Assembly: GCA_052326445.1 (NCBI GenBank)
Contig: JBKQNC010000017.1
Location: 129,227 to 193,226 of the forward strand
DNA length: 64,000 bases
Source: Thermoplasmata archaeon
Lineage (GTDB): Archaea > Thermoplasmatota > Thermoplasmata > Lutacidiplasmatales > UBA184
Direction: 5' to 3'
Shown here: piece by piece, positions 53,910 through 63,742 of the stretch
Layout of the letters: every line of letters begins with the position of its first letter
Position numbering within the stretch: position 1 is the first letter of the stretch
The notes under the pieces: model-generated
The model's database searches: none
What the model saw: the letters and a program-made list of their open reading frames with translations, nothing else
Told to the model about the DNA's origin: nothing
Program-made: the position numbers and the translations under genes

Positions 53910-55256
53910 ATGTCCCCCCCGACCCGGCAACGGCCGGCCAACCCACGACGCCGACGGGAGCCCCCCGCTCTCGTCCTGGCGGGGCGGGCCTTCCTCCTCG
54001 GCAAATTGCAATCGGTCGAGATCGCGATCACGGAAGATGGCTGGATCCAGTCCATCGGCAAAGTGGCTCAGGGGGCCCGGTACCACGATGTCGGGGACGC
54101 GGTCATCCTGCCGGCGGCGACCGACCTCCATGTGCATTTCCGCGACCCGGGGGGAAACCCGAAGGTGGAGAACCTCGCCTCCGGGACGATGCAGGCCGCG
54201 CTCGGGGGCGTGGCGCTGGTCGGGGAGATGCCGAACACGACCCCTCCCGTCACCAACCTCGAGAGTCTCCTGGAGAAGGAGGCCCGGGTCCGCGGGCGAG
54301 TGGCGACCGATGTCCTCCTGTACGCGAACCCGAGCGACCCCCGCGCGCTGCCCGCACTCGCGACGCGGGCGGGCGCCTTCAAGATCTACCTGAGCCCCAC
54401 GACCGGCGTGCCGGACCCGCCGGAGGCGAAGGACCTCCCGGACCTCCTCGCCCGGCTCGCGGTGCTCGGACTTCCGGTCAGCGTCCACGCCGAGGACGCG
54501 CCTCACTTCTCTGCTGCCATCGCCCCACGGGACCCGGCCTCCTGGAACGCCCATCGCCCGGCGATCTCGGAGCGGGCGGCCCTGGACCGGCTCCTCCCGG
54601 GCCCCAACGCGCTCCGGCTCCACGTCGCCCACGTCACCACCCCCGAGGCCGCCGAGCGGCTTCGGGTCGCCGGCGTCTCGTTCGAGGTGACGCCCCACCA
54701 CCTCCTCCTGAACGACCGGACGGGCCGCAACGCGTTCACCAAGGTGAACCCGCCCCTCCGGAGCGAGACGGACCGCCGAGACCTCTGGGTCGCGTTCACC
54801 CGGGGCGAGGTCCCGGTGCTGGCGAGCGACCACGCCCCCCACTCGATCGAGGAGAAGGAGCGTCCGTTCCCGCTCGCGCCGAGCGGGATCCCCGGCGTGG
54901 AGACGATGCTGCCGCTCCTGCTCGCGAAGGTGCGGGCGAACGAGGTGCCCCTGCCGGTCCTCGTGGCGGCGGCGTGCGACCGACCGGCACGATGGCTGGG
55001 CCAACCGCAGGGTCGGCTCGCTCCGGGCCACCGGGCCCACCTTATGGTCGTGGATTTCCGAAAGCGCACCATCCTCAAGGCGGCCCACCTGCACGCGCCG
55101 TCCGGCTGGACGGCCTTCGAGGGCCGGGAGGCGATCTTCCCCCGCGAGGTCTACCTGCGCGGAGAACGCATCGTCGCCGATGGCGAATACGAGGGCAAGC
55201 CGACCGGGCAGATCGTGCGCCCCGAGTTCGCCGCCCGCCCGGCGGCTCCGAAGTAG
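53910..55256 (+). CDS. pyrC: dihydroorotase (amidohydrolase superfamily)
   Basis: DLHVHFRDPG metal-binding motif with downstream His and Asp ligands. The N-terminal ~25 aa are uncertain. Confidence 0.75.
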   Translation: MSPPTRQRPANPRRRREPPALVLAGRAFLLGKLQSVEIAITEDGWIQSIGKVAQGARYHDVGDAVILPAATDLHVHFRDPGGNPKVENLASGTMQAALGGVALVGEMPNTTPPVTNLESLLEKEARVRGRVATDVLLYANPSDPRALPALATRAGAFKIYLSPTTGVPDPPEAKDLPDLLARLAVLGLPVSVHAEDAPHFSAAIAPRDPASWNAHRPAISERAALDRLLPGPNALRLHVAHVTTPEAAERLRVAGVSFEVTPHHLLLNDRTGRNAFTKVNPPLRSETDRRDLWVAFTRGEVPVLASDHAPHSIEEKERPFPLAPSGIPGVETMLPLLLAKVRANEVPLPVLVAAACDRPARWLGQPQGRLAPGHRAHLMVVDFRKRTILKAAHLHAPSGWTAFEGREAIFPREVYLRGERIVADGEYEGKPTGQIVRPEFAARPAAPK

Positions 55257-55272
55257 TCCGCGCCCAAGGGAC

Positions 55273-55974
55273 CTAGGGGGGCAACGCGGGCGGGACCGGC
55301 GGGTTGGGGGACGAGCCCGAGCCGGCGGACGAGGTCGCTTCCGCGAGCGCGTCGGCCCGGCGGACCCGCTCGAAGTAGAGGACGACGAAGTAGACGACCA
55401 CGGCCGCGACGAGGGCGATCAACAGGTAGTCAAGGTACTGGAAGTCGGCCTCCACCTGGGTCCAGTGGACGCCGAGGAGCATCCCCGCGTAGATCAATCC
55501 CAGCGAGAACGGGATCGTGCCGACGAGGGTGAATACTCCGAACCGGACGGGCTCCATCCGGGCGCTCCCGGCGGGATAGCTGATGTAACTTCGGATCACG
55601 GGAACCATCCGGGAAAGGAGGACCGTGCTCTCGCCGTGCAGGGCGAACCACCGGTCGACGCGGGCGAGATGCCGTTCCTGGAGGCGGAACGGGCCGAACC
55701 CGACCCCGGTGATCCGGTCGCGCCACCACCGGCCGACGGCGTAGGCGGCGAACGACCCGATCAGGCCACCGGCGAGGGCGATGGCGATCGCCGGATAGAG
55801 GGGGAACACCCCCGTGACGACGAGGAATCCCGTGAACGGAAGGATGATCTCGCTCGGGATCGGCGGGATCCCGAAGCTCTCGACGACCATCAGGGCGAAC
55901 AGCCCCGTGAGGCCGACCGTGGTCAGGATGTAGATGATGGACCCCGCGATCGTACCCACGAGGGAGAACGTCAC
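55273..55974 (-). CDS. DedA/SNARE-associated (VTT domain) membrane protein
   Basis: Typical DedA topology and motifs (ESFGIPPIPSEIILPFTG, LSRMVPVIRSY). Confidence 0.8.
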   Translation of the reverse strand: MTFSLVGTIAGSIIYILTTVGLTGLFALMVVESFGIPPIPSEIILPFTGFLVVTGVFPLYPAIAIALAGGLIGSFAAYAVGRWWRDRITGVGFGPFRLQERHLARVDRWFALHGESTVLLSRMVPVIRSYISYPAGSARMEPVRFGVFTLVGTIPFSLGLIYAGMLLGVHWTQVEADFQYLDYLLIALVAAVVVYFVVLYFERVRRADALAEATSSAGSGSSPNPPVPPALPP

Positions 55975-55989
55975 GGAGGGCCCGCCCGG

Positions 55990-56262
55990 TTACGACCCCG
56001 GGGGCGCTGGGGCGGCCGGGTCGGAGTAGAGGAGGCGGAAGGGGGCCGGGAGGCGGGCGTTGGTGCGGGCCGGGATCCCTTCGAACTCGAGGGGAGTCTG
56101 GCATCCTCCGCAGGAGACGACGGGGCGGGCCCGTCCGAGGGCGATCGACAGAGCGATCCCGACTTCGATCTCGGTGGGTCGGGAGGGGGCCTCGGCGACG
56201 GCCCGGTGGAGCTCCTCGAGGAGCCGGTGCTCGTCCAGAGGGGGAGCGGGAGTCGACGCCAT
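55990..56262 (-). CDS. small hypothetical protein with a SCGGC motif
   Basis: 90 aa, GC3-rich, 15 nt downstream of the DedA gene. No family recognised. Confidence 0.4.
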   Translation of the reverse strand: MASTPAPPLDEHRLLEELHRAVAEAPSRPTEIEVGIALSIALGRARPVVSCGGCQTPLEFEGIPARTNARLPAPFRLLYSDPAAPAPPGS

Positions 56263-56316
56263 CGTTCTCGAAAACGTCGAAGGGGGATTTAACGGGAGCC
56301 GGCCGGGTTACCCCGA

Positions 56317-56964
56317 CTACTTCCCCGTCTCATCGGAGGTGGTCGTGGTCGAAGAGCTGTTCTTGCCAGTCTTGGGGGCCTTCTTCAGGATCTCCCCGCT
56401 GATCTTGTCCAGCTCGGCCATCAGGGAGTCGATGTCGGGCTCGTCCTCGCCCGCCGCAGCACCGGTCGCCCCTCCCGCGGCCGCGCCGCCGACCGCCGCC
56501 GCGCTCGCGACCTCCGGCAGTCCGCTACCGATGTCGTCGGGGGTCTCGATGTAGGACGGAGCCGGGCCCTCCGGGGTGGAGGGGGCCGCTGGGGAGGTGG
56601 GGGTCGTGGCACCGCCCGCGCCGGCACCGCCAGCAGCGGCTCCGGCCGGGGGTTCCCAGGCCGCCGGTCCCTTCCCGCCCTGGGCGGGGGGTCGGCGGCG
56701 GCCGAAGATGAGGTAGGCCGCGAGCAGGGCGACGATGAGGACGGCGATGACGCCGACGATCCACCAGGGGAACGGGGAGCTCGTTCCCGACGAACAGTTC
56801 GAGTACTGGCAGGCGGCCTGGACGGGGACCGCACCGATGTTGGGCGAGAGGGCGGCCGCGACGAGCGTCGCCAGCATCGCGACGCCCAACCCGAGGGGAA
56901 CGGCCCGTTTGCCCCAAAATGACGTCGACATGTAATGGCTCGAATCCGTGGCTGTCGTTTCCAT
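56317..56964 (-). CDS. membrane/secreted protein with a low-complexity Ala/Gly/Pro-rich region
   Basis: A signal-peptide-like segment follows Met12 (MSTSFWGKRAVPLGLGVAMLATLVAAALS). One further TM helix. Then A/G/P/T-rich sequence. Confidence 0.5.
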   Translation of the reverse strand: METTATDSSHYMSTSFWGKRAVPLGLGVAMLATLVAAALSPNIGAVPVQAACQYSNCSSGTSSPFPWWIVGVIAVLIVALLAAYLIFGRRRPPAQGGKGPAAWEPPAGAAAGGAGAGGATTPTSPAAPSTPEGPAPSYIETPDDIGSGLPEVASAAAVGGAAAGGATGAAAGEDEPDIDSLMAELDKISGEILKKAPKTGKNSSSTTTTSDETGK

Positions 56965-57082
56965 GCGGGACTTCCTATGTAAAGATGACTGGCAGGGGTC
57001 CCGGTTGGATAACCGACATCGGCCGGAGACCCCTGGGGACGGGGCCGAGGCATTTTGAGCAACCGCGCCGCTTCGCGGGGGG

Positions 57083-57589
57083 ATGACGGTCCCCTACCTC
57101 GAGGTCTTTCTGCTCCTCTTGGGGGTGTACCTCGTCTACTCGGTCTGGGCCCGCGTCGACCCGCGGTACCCGATCGCCGCCGCCCTCGGCCTTCTGGTCA
57201 TCACGGCGATCGTGGATGCGGCGAACGCGATCGCCACCGCCAACCTGCTCGCCGAGTACGTGTTCTGCCTGCTGGGCGGAGGCGTGATCCTCCTCCTCGT
57301 AGACCATCTTCGACCCGGCTCCTCCGCGGCGGGCCCGGTCGAGGACTCAGCGGGGACCCGCGGGCCTGAGGGCCCACCGGCCCAGACGTCGGACGAAGGG
57401 GATCTGCCGGCCGATCAGCCCCTCGACCACATGGAGGAACAGCTGGTCCCCCCGGTCGATGCTGCGCGTGGCCACGACGACCGCGATGAAGGCGACCGCG
57501 ACGGCGAGACCCAGGCCCGGGAGAGCCCAGAGAGGCAGGGTCGGATGGAGGAGGGCGAGGGCGATGCCTACGGGGATGCCGGTGACTAG
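57083..57589 (+). CDS. possible small two-TM membrane protein (C-terminal part doubtful)
   Basis: The first ~100 aa are hydrophobic and plausible. The remainder is acidic low-complexity and overlaps the convergent flippase gene by ~240 nt. Confidence 0.3.
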   Translation: MTVPYLEVFLLLLGVYLVYSVWARVDPRYPIAAALGLLVITAIVDAANAIATANLLAEYVFCLLGGGVILLLVDHLRPGSSAAGPVEDSAGTRGPEGPPAQTSDEGDLPADQPLDHMEEQLVPPVDAARGHDDRDEGDRDGETQARESPERQGRMEEGEGDAYGDAGD

Positions 57590-58924
57590 GAGGGGCAGGG
57601 TCACGTGGACCCGGAAGGGATGGACTCCGTTGAGAATCCCGAGTTCCGCGACCGATAGCCCGGTGGCGACCACCGTCGCGGCTGCCCAGGCCGTGGCGGC
57701 GCCCACCCCTCCATAGAGTGGTACGAGCCAGAACGAGAGCCCCACGTCCGCCACCGCCGCGGCCAGGGAGTTGTACGCCACGAACCGGGTCTGGCCGAAC
57801 GCCACCTGGGTGGCGGAGCTCGGTCCAAAGATCGTGGACACGAAGGCGCCGAGGACCGTGATCTGGAGCGGGGCGATCACTGCCGTGTATCGGTTGCCGT
57901 AGACGAACCCGAGGGAGCCACTCGGCTCGAAGAAGAAGACGATGAACAGGGGCAGGGAGAACAGGAGCATCCACTTGGTCACCGTCGCGTAGGTCATCCG
58001 GATCGAGGCCAGGTCCTGCGCTCGGAAGAACCGGGTCGTCACCGGGAGGAAGATGTACGCGGCGGCTCCGATCCCGATCTGGAGGAGACGGGCCAGGGTG
58101 AGCGAGGCGGTGTAGGTGCCGACCGAGGAAGGGGTGAAGACGCCCAGGATCAGGGTGTCGCCGTTACCCGTGACGCTGGCGAGGATGCCGGCGACGAACA
58201 GCGGGGCCGCGAAGTAGAGGAGTCGCGGGAACGCCGCGGGGTCCCGGGGGCCGGTGGGGAGCCGACGGGGGAGGCGGGCGAAGGTGTAGACCGTGACGAG
58301 CCCGAGGGTGACGACGGTCGCCGCGGCGTAGGCGAGGAGGGCGCTCTCGTACCCCAGCGTCCCCTTCGGGAAGGCGAAACCGTGCGTGAAGAGGACAGCT
58401 CCGAGAAAGGCGACGAACAGGAGCGGGTTGACGATCTGGAGGAAGAGGGCGTTCGGGGTCACGTCCTCGTATCCCTGGAAGACTGCGGCGAGGACGTTCG
58501 CGACGATCGACGCCCCGACCGCGACCGAGAAGAACTGGAGCGCGAGGCCGATATCCGGCTCACCGAGGCGGTTCCCGACGGCGGGCCCGACGACCCACAG
58601 GACGATCGTGACCGCCGCTCCGCAGAACGCGGCCACGACCACCGAGCCACGGACCATGGCCCGTCGTTCCGCGTCCGAGTTGGCGTAGGGGAGGCTACGG
58701 GCGATCGCGTTCGGTAGGCCGAGCGTCCCGAACGCGGCCAGGAAACCGGCGAGGGTCAGGCCCCAGGAAAAGGCGCTCCACTCCTCGGTGCTGATGCTCC
58801 GGACGATGATGACCCGGGCGACGAACGTGAGGAGAACGAACAGCAGCGTCGCCGTCAGCAGGAAGAGGGTGCCTCGCGTGACGCTCGAGAGGCCCTCCCG
58901 GACCCGGACCGAGGAGGAGTCCAC
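57347..58924 (-). CDS. second MOP-superfamily (Wzx-like) polysaccharide flippase
   Basis: ~14 TM helices. GTG start at 58922-58924. The longer track ORF to 59485 is charged low-complexity and overlaps the next gene. Confidence 0.7.
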   Translation of the reverse strand: MDSSSVRVREGLSSVTRGTLFLLTATLLFVLLTFVARVIIVRSISTEEWSAFSWGLTLAGFLAAFGTLGLPNAIARSLPYANSDAERRAMVRGSVVVAAFCGAAVTIVLWVVGPAVGNRLGEPDIGLALQFFSVAVGASIVANVLAAVFQGYEDVTPNALFLQIVNPLLFVAFLGAVLFTHGFAFPKGTLGYESALLAYAAATVVTLGLVTVYTFARLPRRLPTGPRDPAAFPRLLYFAAPLFVAGILASVTGNGDTLILGVFTPSSVGTYTASLTLARLLQIGIGAAAYIFLPVTTRFFRAQDLASIRMTYATVTKWMLLFSLPLFIVFFFEPSGSLGFVYGNRYTAVIAPLQITVLGAFVSTIFGPSSATQVAFGQTRFVAYNSLAAAVADVGLSFWLVPLYGGVGAATAWAAATVVATGLSVAELGILNGVHPFRVHVTLPLLVTGIPVGIALALLHPTLPLWALPGLGLAVAVAFIAVVVATRSIDRGDQLFLHVVEGLIGRQIPFVRRLGRWALRPAGPR

Positions 58925-59014
58925 TGAGTTCGCCCTGTCCCGGGGCGGCTTGGCACAGTAAATACCCACCGTTCGGGTAGCACCGTCTTGTAGGAGGAGG
59001 CAGGTCGACCTCCC

Positions 59015-61054
59015 GTGGCGGTACCCGGCCCCTCCGGAGGCCTCCTGCTCGTGGGCCTGCTCCTTCTTGGGGGGTTCGCCACGGTCGTCGGGGAGGGGGT
59101 TCGGTTCCCTGCCGCCCGCTGGGTCGCCTCGTGGCGAGACCTCGAGACCCTCGAACGGATCCTCCTGGACTTTTTCCTCGGCGGGGCTCTCGTCTACCTG
59201 GTCGCCGCGGTACCACTCGGGTTGTTCGTCGAGCCGGTCCTCCTGGCCCTCTTCGTCGCGTCCGGGGCCGGGATCCTGGCCTACCACCTGAGGCGCCCCG
59301 GGGCGGCTCGGAATTCGATCGCGACTTTCCTCCGGCCCCTCCACCAACCGCCCGCCCTCCTCACGCTGCTCGCCGCGCTCGGAGTGCTGATGTTCGAGGT
59401 GGCCCTGGCCCTCCCGGTCGGCACCGGCAACACGTTCGACTCGAGCCTGCTGACCATGTACACTTCCCGGCTCGTCGACACCCACCAGATCGCCCTCTCG
59501 TTCCAGCCGTACGCCCCGACCGCGATCCTCTACCCCCAGGGAATCACGGCGTGGATGGGCACGGCCCAGATCCTCCTCGGTCTCCCGCTGGCCCGGACCA
59601 GCCTGCTCGTCACCCCTCTCTTCTTCGCCCTTGCGCCGGTCGGAGGGTACGTCTTCGGGCGACGCTGGTTCGGGAGCACGCGGGCGGGCTTGGCCGTCGC
59701 CCTCATGCTCGCGCTCGTGACCAGCTGGACCCGGGTGCTCGTCGGAGGGAGCAACGATTTCGTCGCGGCGTTCCCCCTCGTCCTCCTGGTCGCCGGCCAG
59801 GCCTCGACGTGGCTTCGGGAGGTCCCGTCCTGGCCCGACGCGCTGGCGTTCGGACTGTTGGTCGGCTACTCGGCGGCCCTCAACCCGGTCGGGGCCGAAT
59901 GGCTGCTCCCCGCCCTCCTGATCGCGGCGGTCCTGTCGTCGCCCCGATTTGCAGGAGCCCCCGGAAAATGGCTGATCCGTTGGACGGCCGGCCTCGCGGT
60001 CGCGCTGGCGGTCCTCACACCGACCTGGTACGTCCTCGCTGGCGGCGCCGGCCCTTGGAAGCTCACCCCGGGGGTGGGCGTCCCTACGACGGCGTCCTCC
60101 CTCGGCATCTCGGGGCCCCAGTTCGTCGGGCTGGTCGACCCGTATCTCTTCGGTCCGACCGACGTCTGGCTCTCGCCGGTCCCCGCCCTACGGCTCGAGC
60201 TGGCCCTGCTGCTCACGGCCGGGCTGGCCCTCCTGATCCTTGGGAGTCGGACCCCCCTCGGTCGGTTCACCGCCCAATTCCGAACCTTTCTCGTCGCCGG
60301 GCTCGTCGTCCAATTCGCCCTGCTGGGCGTGGGGCTCGCGGCTTCTACGGGGTACGGGCCGGCGGTGGCCCTCGGTAATCTGACCAGCTGGGCGGAGCTC
60401 TCGATCTGGTTGTTCACCCTGTACGGTCTGATCGCGACGCTGCCGTTGATCCTCGGTCTGGAGTGGCTGGCGATCCGGCTCCGAACACCTCCCGCCGGGT
60501 CGGTCCCCGCGCGCCCGCCCCTCGACCCGAAATGGAGGTTGGCCCGACGACGCCGGTGGAGCGCCGCGCTCGGCCCGCTCGCGCTGGTCCTCGTGATCGT
60601 GCTGCCCGGCGTGGCCTTCACGACGGCGCAGCTACCGCCCCCCCTCGCGACGCTCTACTCGGACTTCGGCAACGTCACGTCGGCGGACTTCGCGCTGTTG
60701 GAGTACATGGGCACCCATCTCCCGCCCGGGGCGCGTCTCCTCGTCGCCCCCGGGAGCGCCGCCGATTTCGTTCCCGCGTACGACGCGAAGGTGGTGCTGC
60801 TGTACCCGCTGGTCCCCGGTTGGCAAGAGGCGAACGCGTCGTACTCGCTCGTCGTCCAGGAGCTTACGAATGCGACCTTGAACGTTCGCGGGGTCCAGGC
60901 CTTGGACTTCCTGGACGTGGGATACGTCGCGGTGACCGGCACGAGCACGACGCTCTGGCGTCCGTTCTATCCGGGGGTCTTCCTCAGCGACCCGACCGCC
61001 TTCGTCGAGCAGTTCCACGAAGGGGAAGCGTACCTGTTCGCCTACACGGCCTGA
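59015..61054 (+). CDS. large polytopic membrane protein with a C-terminal extracytoplasmic domain, probably a GT-C-type glycosyltransferase
   Basis: About 12+ TM helices, then a ~170-aa soluble C-terminal domain carrying N-x-S/T sequons. No WWDYG (AglB) motif was seen. Confidence 0.5.
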   Translation: MAVPGPSGGLLLVGLLLLGGFATVVGEGVRFPAARWVASWRDLETLERILLDFFLGGALVYLVAAVPLGLFVEPVLLALFVASGAGILAYHLRRPGAARNSIATFLRPLHQPPALLTLLAALGVLMFEVALALPVGTGNTFDSSLLTMYTSRLVDTHQIALSFQPYAPTAILYPQGITAWMGTAQILLGLPLARTSLLVTPLFFALAPVGGYVFGRRWFGSTRAGLAVALMLALVTSWTRVLVGGSNDFVAAFPLVLLVAGQASTWLREVPSWPDALAFGLLVGYSAALNPVGAEWLLPALLIAAVLSSPRFAGAPGKWLIRWTAGLAVALAVLTPTWYVLAGGAGPWKLTPGVGVPTTASSLGISGPQFVGLVDPYLFGPTDVWLSPVPALRLELALLLTAGLALLILGSRTPLGRFTAQFRTFLVAGLVVQFALLGVGLAASTGYGPAVALGNLTSWAELSIWLFTLYGLIATLPLILGLEWLAIRLRTPPAGSVPARPPLDPKWRLARRRRWSAALGPLALVLVIVLPGVAFTTAQLPPPLATLYSDFGNVTSADFALLEYMGTHLPPGARLLVAPGSAADFVPAYDAKVVLLYPLVPGWQEANASYSLVVQELTNATLNVRGVQALDFLDVGYVAVTGTSTTLWRPFYPGVFLSDPTAFVEQFHEGEAYLFAYTA

Positions 61055-61067
61055 GCGACCGAGCGAC

Positions 61068-61967
61068 CTAGACGAACTCGTCGAGGAGGGCATCCCGGCC
61101 TTTCAGGCCGGACTTCTGGAGCGCGAGCGGGCCGGCCGAAAGGACCTCCTCGAGGTCCTCGTAGGTCGGACGCTCGGTGCGGTAGAACAGCCCGATCGGG
61201 ATCTTGTCACCCCACTCGAGCGAGCGGGCGAACGCCTGGACGAGGTCGTTCGGGTCGTGGCCGGCACTCTCGAGCTTGTAGACGCGTTGGCGGAAGAAGT
61301 CGAACGTGTTGACCTTGTTGTAGGTGACGCACGGGCTGAAGACGTCGACGAAGGAGAACCCGTGGTGCTGGATGCCGCCCGCGACCAGGTCGGCGAGCTG
61401 CTTCACGTCGCCCGAGAACCCGCGCGCGACGTACGTCGCGCCGCTCGCGAGCGCGAGGGAGATTGGTTCGATCGGGCGCTCGATGACCCCGTTCGGCGTC
61501 GACTTGGTCTTCTGTCCAAGTGTGGAGGTCGGGCTCGCCTGGCCGGTCGTCAGGCCGTAGATCTGGTTGTCCATGGTGACGTACGTCATGTCGACGTTCC
61601 GTCGCATCGTGTGGATGAAATGTCCCACGCCGATGCCGAACCCGTCCCCGTCCCCGCCGGTGCCGATGACGGTGAGCCCGTGGTTCGCCCACCGGATCCC
61701 TTCCGCAACGGGGAGGGACCGGCCGTGGATCGCGTGGAAGCCGTACGAGTTCAGGAAGTGCGGGAGGTTCGAGGAGCACCCGATCCCCGAGATGAGGACG
61801 ACGTTCTGGCTCGGGATCTGGAGCCGCTTCACGGCCATCTCGATCGCGGCGACGACCCCGAAGTCCCCGCAGCCCGGGCACCAGGTCGGTTTCTTGTCCG
61901 ACTTCCCGATCAGCGGGAGGGCGGGGCCGGTCGGCGTGAGGGCGGGTTTCGCGCTAGTTTGGGCCAT
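61068..61967 (-). CDS. korB: 2-oxoacid:ferredoxin oxidoreductase subunit beta (TPP-binding)
   Basis: TPP-binding motif GDGD...N and CPGCG near the N-terminus. ~300 aa. Confidence 0.9.
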   Translation of the reverse strand: MAQTSAKPALTPTGPALPLIGKSDKKPTWCPGCGDFGVVAAIEMAVKRLQIPSQNVVLISGIGCSSNLPHFLNSYGFHAIHGRSLPVAEGIRWANHGLTVIGTGGDGDGFGIGVGHFIHTMRRNVDMTYVTMDNQIYGLTTGQASPTSTLGQKTKSTPNGVIERPIEPISLALASGATYVARGFSGDVKQLADLVAGGIQHHGFSFVDVFSPCVTYNKVNTFDFFRQRVYKLESAGHDPNDLVQAFARSLEWGDKIPIGLFYRTERPTYEDLEEVLSAGPLALQKSGLKGRDALLDEFV

Positions 61968-63708
61968 GGTTCAGCACCTCCAGGGCGCGGGCGACGATCT
62001 CGTGGGGGTAGAAGGGCTCGCCGTCGTACTTGAGCAATCGGTCCGGGAAGACGACCCCGGCCTCGGCGCGCAGCAGGCGACCGAACTGGCCCGAGAAGTT
62101 CGCCTCGATGAGGAGCGTGCGATGCGTCGTCGCCATCGCCTCTCGAACCCGCTTCGCATCCACCGGGTACACGGTCGGGAAGTGGAGTACGTTGGTCGAC
62201 TTTCCCTGCGCGGCTAGAACCACCATCGCGTCCCGGATGGCCCCGACGGTCGAGCCCCAGGCAACGAACGTGAGCGGGGCGTCCGCCGGCCCCTCCAAGA
62301 CGGGGGGGGAGGACTGGGCGAGCAGCCCCTCCAACTTGTGCATCCGCTTGTCCATCATCCGCGTGCGTTCCGCGACCCAGACCGGGATGCCACTGAGCAC
62401 GTCGGACACCAGGTGGCCTCGCTCGTCATGCTCGTCGGACCCCGCGATGAACTGGAGCCCCGGCTGACCCGGCAGGGCCCGAGGGGACACGCCGCTCGAA
62501 GTGTACTGATAGCGCTTGTAGTCGTGCCCGTTCGGCGCGACCGTGAACAGGCTCGCGGGCTCGACGTCGAACGGGATCTCCTCGCGGTCGACCGTCATGT
62601 GGTTCTCCGAAAGGTGGAGGTCGCTCGCGACGAGGACGGGCGTCTGCCAGTTCTCGGCAAGGTCGAAGGCGCGGATCATAGCGTGGTAGGCCTCGGCCGG
62701 GTTCGACGGGGCGAGTATCGCCCGGGGGAACTCGCTCTGGCCCGCGCCCAGCATCAGATTGAGGTCCCCCTGTTCGGTCTTGGTCGGGAGTCCTGTGGAC
62801 GGGCCCGCGCGCTGCGAGTTGACGACGACGACGGGGGTTTCCGTCATGCCGGCCATACCGAGCGCCTCGACCATGAGAGAGAATCCGCCGCCGCTCGTAG
62901 CGGTCATCGCCCGCACGCCGCCGAACGACGCCCCGATCGCCATGTTGATCGCGGCGAGCTCGTCCTCCGCCTGCTTCACGACGATGCCGAGCGCGCGCGA
63001 GTGGTCCGCGAGCCAGTGCATGATCGACGACGCGGGGGTCATGGGGTACTGGGCGAGGAACTTGCATCCGGCGGCCGCCGCGCCGAGCCCGATCCCCTGG
63101 TTGCCGGTCATCAAGAGCTTCGGGGCCCCGCCCTTCTTCACGGCCGAGGGGTGGACGCTGGCGTGGGCCTCCGCGTAGTGGAACGCGTCCGAGCTCGCCC
63201 CGAGATTCCAGTCGACGACGTCGCCCTTCTTCCGGCCGAACGAATCGGTGAGGACCTGGTGGAGGAGGTCGAGGGGGATCCCGGAGAGGAACGCCACCGC
63301 GCCGACCCCTCCCGCATTCTGGAGGATCGACTGGCTCGTGTATTTCCGGGCGATCTCGAGCGTGGGAATGGGCAGCGCCGTGACTCCCGCCGGGAGTTCG
63401 CTCTGGCTGACGGCGAACTTCTCGGGGTCGAAGATGACGTATCCTCCCTTTCGGAGGCCGGGAGCGTGGACGTCGACCGTTTGTCGGTCGAGCGCGTAGA
63501 GCAGGTCGAGCCCGTCGCCCTGGGAGTACGGACGGGCGGTCGAGGTCCGGGCGTGGTAGTAGACGTGCCCGCCGCGGATGACGGACTGGTAGGCGTTGAG
63601 GCCGAAGACGTGGAGACCGAGTCGGGAGAACGAACGGGCGATCGTTTCGCCCACGGAGGCGATCCCGTCCCCTGCCTGTCCGCCCACGCGGACCCCGATC
63701 TCCGGCAT
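61954..63708 (-). CDS. korA: 2-oxoacid:ferredoxin oxidoreductase subunit alpha (fused gamma+alpha, two-subunit OFOR type)
   Basis: N-terminal gamma-like domain (GGQAGDGIASVGE), then the alpha domains. 584 aa. 14-nt overlap with korB. Confidence 0.9.
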   Translation of the reverse strand: MPEIGVRVGGQAGDGIASVGETIARSFSRLGLHVFGLNAYQSVIRGGHVYYHARTSTARPYSQGDGLDLLYALDRQTVDVHAPGLRKGGYVIFDPEKFAVSQSELPAGVTALPIPTLEIARKYTSQSILQNAGGVGAVAFLSGIPLDLLHQVLTDSFGRKKGDVVDWNLGASSDAFHYAEAHASVHPSAVKKGGAPKLLMTGNQGIGLGAAAAGCKFLAQYPMTPASSIMHWLADHSRALGIVVKQAEDELAAINMAIGASFGGVRAMTATSGGGFSLMVEALGMAGMTETPVVVVNSQRAGPSTGLPTKTEQGDLNLMLGAGQSEFPRAILAPSNPAEAYHAMIRAFDLAENWQTPVLVASDLHLSENHMTVDREEIPFDVEPASLFTVAPNGHDYKRYQYTSSGVSPRALPGQPGLQFIAGSDEHDERGHLVSDVLSGIPVWVAERTRMMDKRMHKLEGLLAQSSPPVLEGPADAPLTFVAWGSTVGAIRDAMVVLAAQGKSTNVLHFPTVYPVDAKRVREAMATTHRTLLIEANFSGQFGRLLRAEAGVVFPDRLLKYDGEPFYPHEIVARALEVLNHGPN

Positions 63709-63742
63709 CCAGTCATTCGAGAAAGCGTGCGTATTAAGGGGT

